DNA of 64,000 bases from Longimicrobiales bacterium. Its GTDB lineage: Bacteria > Gemmatimonadota > Gemmatimonadetes > Longimicrobiales > Gaopeijiaceae. The stretch lies in NCBI GenBank assembly GCA_965197725.1, contig CBDANQ010000061.1, forward strand, positions 128,001 to 192,000, written 5' to 3'. Below are positions 59,225 through 64,000 of this stretch, piece by piece. The translations under genes and the position numbers were made by a program. Position 1 is the stretch's first letter, and each line of letters opens with the position of its first letter. The notes beneath the pieces were generated by a model. The model was not told where the DNA came from. It saw only the letters and a list, made by a program, of their open reading frames with translations, and searched no databases.

Positions 59225-59950
59225 TTACCGCCCCCGCTCGTTAGTGGGGTCCCAGATGTCCGGTGGGTACGATTCCACGCGGTCGAGTCGATCGCGCGTG
59301 ATCTTGAGCTCGCGGAACGACGTCAAGTTACGGTACGTCGCATGGGCAGGGTATCTGCTGTCGGCGTTCAGTTCGACCTCCACCCACTGCACTACGTGAC
59401 CGCTGTCGAGCAACTCGAGCCTCCTGAGCGACCCGCCTTCGATGCGGTAGTGCAGCTCTTGGCCGTCCTCATAGCGGTAGCGCAGCCGGAGCACATCCTC
59501 CTCGAGCTCGTCTCCGCCGAGCAACTCCGCCCCGTAGTCGGGTCGGAAGACACCCAGCGTCCCCCAGAAGAGGTCGGGCGGCGGAAGGATGTGGCGCGGT
59601 GACCCCGGCGGCAATATCATGGTGCCGCCCAACAGCGCGGCCTTGAGGACCGGCTCCCCGTTGCCGAGGAAGAGGTCGACGCGTGCCCTGTAGGGCGGCT
59701 CGATGCGAGCCACCCCCCGCCCCTTCACCCTGATACCGGCCTCGTTCAGCTCCCAGTCGAAGACGATGCGGATGGGGCCTGCCACTCTCGTGTGATCTTC
59801 GAGCCTCAGCGCGGTCTGCTCCGCGTTGACAGCGGGTGCGACGATCACGACTTGCCGGGCCGCGCACGACGATACCACGAGCGGTACCGGCGTGACGGTC
59901 AGGAGCACGCGCAGGGTTCTGTAGGACATCGCGGAGAGCGGCATGAGCAA
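59225..59950 (-). CDS. Hypothetical lipoprotein (LolA/LolB-like beta fold possible)
   Basis: Lipobox VSSC; PPYRARVDLF; beta-rich. Confidence 0.55.
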   Translation of the reverse strand: MLMPLSAMSYRTLRVLLTVTPVPLVVSSCAARQVVIVAPAVNAEQTALRLEDHTRVAGPIRIVFDWELNEAGIRVKGRGVARIEPPYRARVDLFLGNGEPVLKAALLGGTMILPPGSPRHILPPPDLFWGTLGVFRPDYGAELLGGDELEEDVLRLRYRYEDGQELHYRIEGGSLRRLELLDSGHVVQWVEVELNADSRYPAHATYRNLTSFRELKITRDRLDRVESYPPDIWDPTNERGR

Positions 59951-60017
59951 AGCTAGTTGGGCTCAGATGCGTGTCCTACCCCTTCCAGTCGCGCCCTGTT
60001 CGGGAGTAGTTTCGCAG

Positions 60018-60776
60018 GTGGCTGAAAACGACCCCGCCGAGACCGTCCTCATCACCTCCGACGTGCATCTCGGCACCATCTCTGACAAGCAGGAAGACGC
60101 CTTCGCCAGTTGGCTCGACCAGGCGGCCGAGGTCGCGGGGTGGATCGTGCTGAACGGCGACATCTTCGACTTCTGGTTCGAGTACCTCTGGGGGACCAGC
60201 CGCGGCTACGATTCCACTTTGACGCAACTCCGGCGAATCGTCGATTCTGGGGTGCGTGTGACACTGATGGGCGGGAACCACGATTGGTGGGGCGGCGCGT
60301 ACCTGCGTGACGAGGTGGGCGTGGAGTTCCTGCAAGGCCCCATCACCACGGACATGGCGGGGTTCCGTACGTTTCTCGCGCATGGAGACGGGCTCGGAGA
60401 GGGTGATCTCTCGTACCGCGCCCTCAGGCTGATCCTCCGGGGTCGACTGACTCGTTTCGCCTTCGCCATGCTGCCCCGCCGCCTGGGCGACCGGATCGGC
60501 GCGGGGATCTCCAAGACCGAAGACCGATGGACCCCGTCGGGACCCCCGGAACTCGAGAAGGCCGAAGCACTAAGGGAGTGGGCGTTCAAGGAGATGAGCA
60601 GACGCCCGGAGTTGGATCTCGTGTTGCTCGGGCATACGCACGTGCCGGCGTGCGAACACTTCGGCGAGAACCGATGGTACGTGAACTCCGGAGACTGGGT
60701 GTACCACCGCAGCTACGTGATGCTGCGCAACGGCGAGGATCCGAGACTCGTACAGTGGGAGAACGCGATCCTGTGA
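60018..60776 (+). CDS. lpxH: UDP-2,3-diacylglucosamine diphosphatase
   Basis: SDVHLG, GDIFDFWFEY, GNHD, HGDG, GHTH, NSGDW. Confidence 0.85.
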   Translation: MAENDPAETVLITSDVHLGTISDKQEDAFASWLDQAAEVAGWIVLNGDIFDFWFEYLWGTSRGYDSTLTQLRRIVDSGVRVTLMGGNHDWWGGAYLRDEVGVEFLQGPITTDMAGFRTFLAHGDGLGEGDLSYRALRLILRGRLTRFAFAMLPRRLGDRIGAGISKTEDRWTPSGPPELEKAEALREWAFKEMSRRPELDLVLLGHTHVPACEHFGENRWYVNSGDWVYHRSYVMLRNGEDPRLVQWENAIL

Positions 60777-61384
60777 CGGCGTGCGCATCGACTCTAGTCC
60801 CGCGTGTCCCGGCCGTCCTCCTGTGCGCGCTCTCGTTCATGGTCGCATCGGGGCCGCTGTCCGGCCAGGAAGCCCCCGAAGAGAGCGAGCCTGACTCCAC
60901 GGCCCTCTTCATACCAGTGGCGCCCAGTAGGGCCTTCCTCAGGGCCGTATTAGTGCCGGGCTGGGGGCACGCCTCCATCGGTAGCCATACGCGCGCCGGC
61001 TTCTACTTCGCACTCGAGGCGACCACCGTGTACGGCCTTCTTCGCACCCGGAAACGCCTCAACGAGGTCGCCGCGAGAGCCGAGTTCAGGGAGAACATCC
61101 TCCGGGAGGATCTCGCGGCCCAGGACATCATCGACTTCGATGAGATCGAGTCCGCGCTGGACGCCGACGCAACGCTGGAGGACCTGCGCGAGCTGGAGGA
61201 CTCCCGCCGCGAACAGCAGGAAGACTGGGCCGCGCTGGGCATTTTCTTGCTCCTGCTGAGCGGCGCCGACGCGTACGTCTCCGCCCACCTCCAGGACTTC
61301 CCCGCACCCATCCAGATTCAGGCGGCCCCGGCGGGGGGCGGCCGCGTCGAAGTCGGATTTCGCATCAAGGTGGGTCGAGATTAA
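60773..61384 (+). CDS. DUF5683-like membrane protein
   Basis: AVLVPGWGH, ADAYVSAHL.DF; GTG overlaps lpxH stop. Confidence 0.65.
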   Translation: MTACASTLVPRVPAVLLCALSFMVASGPLSGQEAPEESEPDSTALFIPVAPSRAFLRAVLVPGWGHASIGSHTRAGFYFALEATTVYGLLRTRKRLNEVAARAEFRENILREDLAAQDIIDFDEIESALDADATLEDLRELEDSRREQQEDWAALGIFLLLLSGADAYVSAHLQDFPAPIQIQAAPAGGGRVEVGFRIKVGRD

Positions 61385-61429
61385 CCGTTGCACGCGAGCC
61401 TCCGCGACGTCTCCGCGGAAACGCACCCC

Positions 61430-61499
61430 TGGCGGGAACGTGTGGGAATCGAACCCACCTACCCGGGTTCTAGCCGGGCCGCACGGTTTTGAAGACCGT
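61430..61499 (-). tRNA. selC: 3' fragment of tRNA-Sec (anticodon TCA); probable att site
   Basis: ACGGT-CTTCAAA-ACCGT anticodon arm, long variable arm, GTGGGTTCGATTCCCAC T arm, ACGTTCCC-G-CCA; no 5' GGGAACGT strand or D arm upstream. Confidence 0.85.
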
Positions 61500-61929
61500 A
61501 TACTCGTCAGGACCGCTGAAGACGCATGTCCACCATCGCATACTCCTGCAACAGCTTACGGCGATCCTCTCCTGATCCAGCATTGCACTCATAGGGGTCG
61601 GTTTTCCCTGGTCGCGGCACAGTCGTGGCACAATCGGTCTTGAGAGCCGTTGGATCGATCTCCATTCCCACGCTGGTCACCCTCTACTTATCACCTCTCC
61701 GCGCCTCCTCAAACCGACCCGTCACCCCCCAAGGCCCCCTAAGAGACTCCTTTATGGATGTTATGCCGAGTTCCTCGATCAGACCCCCGCCTTCGATCCC
61801 TCCGAGCCCGACCCCCACCAAAGGTGGGGTACCCGTCCCGACCAACGCTTCGCGACCACGCTCCGCGCGGTGCCCTGCCCTCGACTTCGAGCAGTCCGTG
61901 CCCGACGACTTCAACCCCTGAGTCCAGGC

Positions 61930-62055
61930 AGCTTCAACACCGACATCGCGGACGGCTGGGAGCGCAAGGGCGACGTATCTCACTTCTTCTACAACCTCTC
62001 CCCACAAGCCTACGGCCTCGGCATCAACATCCTCATCCGGGCGATGACCCACTGA
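61930..62055 (+). pseudogene. 3' fragment of a DUF4159-like gene
   Basis: FNTDIADGWER....FFY..SPQAYGLGINILIRAMTH*. Confidence 0.6.
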
Positions 62056-62092
62056 ATCCGGCCTGCATGTAGCTTCCAGTGAGGAGGCATCG

Positions 62093-63886
62093 ATGTCGGG
62101 CAAGGACATTCGTGAAGGGTTTGCGTTCTTGGCGGTGGTCGTGGTGGCGGTCGCGGTTTGGTCGTGGTTTCGTACGCCACCGCCCGCCTCCGTGACCCGT
62201 GTTCCCGTGCGGATCCCCGAGGATCAGGCGTTTCATCCCACCGGAGGATTGTTCGACATTTCACGCGACGGTCTGTTGATGGTATACAGGCGTCAAAGCG
62301 ATGACGGTGGCAGTGAGTTGTGGGCACGACGCTGGGATGAATTGGATGCCACGCCGATCCGCGACACGCACGGCGCCGGCCTCCCGGCAATCTCACCAGA
62401 CGGTCGCGAAGTGGCCTTCACGGCCGCCGGGGATCCCGCTCGGATTCGCGTCGCCGCGGTGCAGGGGGCCGCCGCGCGGACCATCGCGGACTCGGCGGCC
62501 ATCGGGGGCGTGCACTGGAGTCCCGACGGCGCGTGGGTCTACTACACCAACGCTTCTTTAGGGCTGAGCCGGGTGCCTACGGGCGGTGGTGCGCCCGAGA
62601 TCGTGACACGGGTCGACACGTCCGTGGCCGGCCAGATTCATCGGGGAGTAGACGTGCTATCCGGTGGACGCGCCGTCATCTACACGGAAAGCGTGTCTCC
62701 GCTCATCGATCCCAGAATCAAGGTCCTGAACCTGGAAACGGGTGAGGTCCGGGACGTCACGGCAGGCAGATTCCCGCGGTACAGCGACACGGGGCATTTG
62801 CTCTTCATGGAAGCCGACGAGCCTACACTGCTAGCTGCCGCGTTCGATGTCGAGAGTCTGGAGCTGACCGGCTCGGCGCTGCCCGTGGTGGGCGGACTTC
62901 TTCGAGCTGACGACTGGCCGCTGTTCGCCCTGTCCCAGACCGGTACGCTCCTGTATGCAAGGCCAGTCGGGGGCCCTTACCTCACGCCCGTCTGGGTGGA
63001 GCGCGACGGCACTGCCCGTGAGATCGATCCCGGATGGATCCATCGAGGAGATGCGACCTATTCGAGTGTGGCGCTCTCCCCCAGCGGCGACCATCTCGCG
63101 ATCTCGATCCCGCGCTCCGGCGGGACCTGGCACCTATGGGTGAAACCGTTGCACGTGGACGCCGGGGCGTTGTCGCGGGTCACGTTCGAGGGCCCCCTCA
63201 ACTACAGGCCCACCTGGTCGTTGGACGGACGATCGCTGACGTTCATCTCGGATCGCGCGGGCCAGGTCGACCTCTGGACCAAGCGGACCGACGGCACCGG
63301 TACCGCAGAGCGAATCCTGGACAGACCGGGGGTGATCAGAAACGGGTTCTACTCTCCCGATGGTGACTGGCTGATCTTTCGGGAGGGAGAGGCCCCGGTG
63401 GCCGACATCTTCGCCATTCGAAATGCGAAGGGCGCGGAGGCGGTTCCGCTCGCGGTAACGGAATTCGGCGAACGCTCCCCGGCTGTCTCGCCCGACGGTC
63501 GCTGGCTCGCCTACTCCTCGGAGGAGTCGGGCGAGTGGCAGGTGTGGGTGACCGCCTTCTTCGAGATGAATTCTGACCGGTGGCAGGTATCCGTGGACGG
63601 GGGCCAAGGCCCGGTATGGGCACACAGCGGTCGTGAACTGTTCTACCGCAACGCGGCTAATGAGCTGGTGGTTGTGCCGGTGCGTGCAGGCTCTTCGTTC
63701 GACTGGGACCCCGGTCAGGTACTGTTCTCCATGGCCGATTTCCTGCTCAGCAACGGACGAGCGCAATATGACGTGAGCCCCGACGACGAGCGGTTCGTCA
63801 TGCTTAGATTCGCCGAGGGCGAGGACATGGAGCTCGTACTCGTCCAGAACTTCTTCGAGGAGTTGCAGCGGAGGATGGGGAATTGA
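62093..63886 (+). CDS. Membrane-anchored TolB/PD40 beta-propeller protein without a kinase domain
   Basis: GAGGAGG SD, N-terminal TM, many SPDG repeats, P.W..SGRELFYR, YDVSPD, VLVQNFFEEL. Confidence 0.85.
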   Translation: MSGKDIREGFAFLAVVVVAVAVWSWFRTPPPASVTRVPVRIPEDQAFHPTGGLFDISRDGLLMVYRRQSDDGGSELWARRWDELDATPIRDTHGAGLPAISPDGREVAFTAAGDPARIRVAAVQGAAARTIADSAAIGGVHWSPDGAWVYYTNASLGLSRVPTGGGAPEIVTRVDTSVAGQIHRGVDVLSGGRAVIYTESVSPLIDPRIKVLNLETGEVRDVTAGRFPRYSDTGHLLFMEADEPTLLAAAFDVESLELTGSALPVVGGLLRADDWPLFALSQTGTLLYARPVGGPYLTPVWVERDGTAREIDPGWIHRGDATYSSVALSPSGDHLAISIPRSGGTWHLWVKPLHVDAGALSRVTFEGPLNYRPTWSLDGRSLTFISDRAGQVDLWTKRTDGTGTAERILDRPGVIRNGFYSPDGDWLIFREGEAPVADIFAIRNAKGAEAVPLAVTEFGERSPAVSPDGRWLAYSSEESGEWQVWVTAFFEMNSDRWQVSVDGGQGPVWAHSGRELFYRNAANELVVVPVRAGSSFDWDPGQVLFSMADFLLSNGRAQYDVSPDDERFVMLRFAEGEDMELVLVQNFFEELQRRMGN

Positions 63887-63914
63887 GCGGCCTCAACGCC
63901 GCCGAGTGCCGCAG

Positions 63915-64000
63915 ATGAGCGCCACCCCGGGGGAGCGCCTGAACGCGGCACTAAGCGGTCGATACCGCATCGACCGAAAGCTTGGCGAGGGCGGCATGGC
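63915..64000 (+). CDS. Start of a Ser/Thr protein kinase (runs off window)
   Basis: MSATPGERLNAALSGRYRIDRKLGEGGM. Confidence 0.8.
   Translation, partial: MSATPGERLNAALSGRYRIDRKLGEGGM

Noticed and set aside
61430..61530. Intact tRNA-Sec gene
   Set aside because: No sequence complementary to the 3' acceptor strand and no D arm upstream

Overview
High-GC bacterial chromosome segment. Gene families (SusC/SusD pair, Ser/Thr kinase-TolB paralogues, type IV pilin, LpxH/LptE) suggest Gemmatimonadota, which is an inference only. Layout: 0.3-12.1 kb is a minus-strand run glmM-glmS-dtd-maf-glpK-LOG-ccmEF(I)ABCD, with a Cys-type CcmE and no ccmG/ccmH in the cluster. 12-24 kb holds core genes (cystathionine lyase/synthase, M48 peptidase, purD, mutM, M16 peptidase pair, radical SAM), several broken by single extra bases in homopolymers that look like sequencing errors. 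19.7-31.1 kb holds two IS1182-like, two IS256 (one mosaic and interrupted) and one IS21 element, four of them packed around tRNA-Arg(UCU). 32.9-38.5 kb is a polyphosphate locus: a CYTH-like/Nudix-like/PPK1 fusion, DUF4956 and a secreted CotH-like kinase. 44.5-55.5 kb is an accessory region next to tRNA-Pro with many gene fragments around an intact susC-susD-small ORF-DUF5819/SdpA-like-HTTM/SdpB-like operon. 56-61.4 kb returns to core genes. A 3' fragment of tRNA-Sec at 61.43 kb marks the probable boundary of an integrated element running off the right end. Best candidates for undescribed systems are the PPK1 fusion locus and the SusCD-SdpAB-like operon. All family assignments are by-eye motif recognition; no database searches were run.
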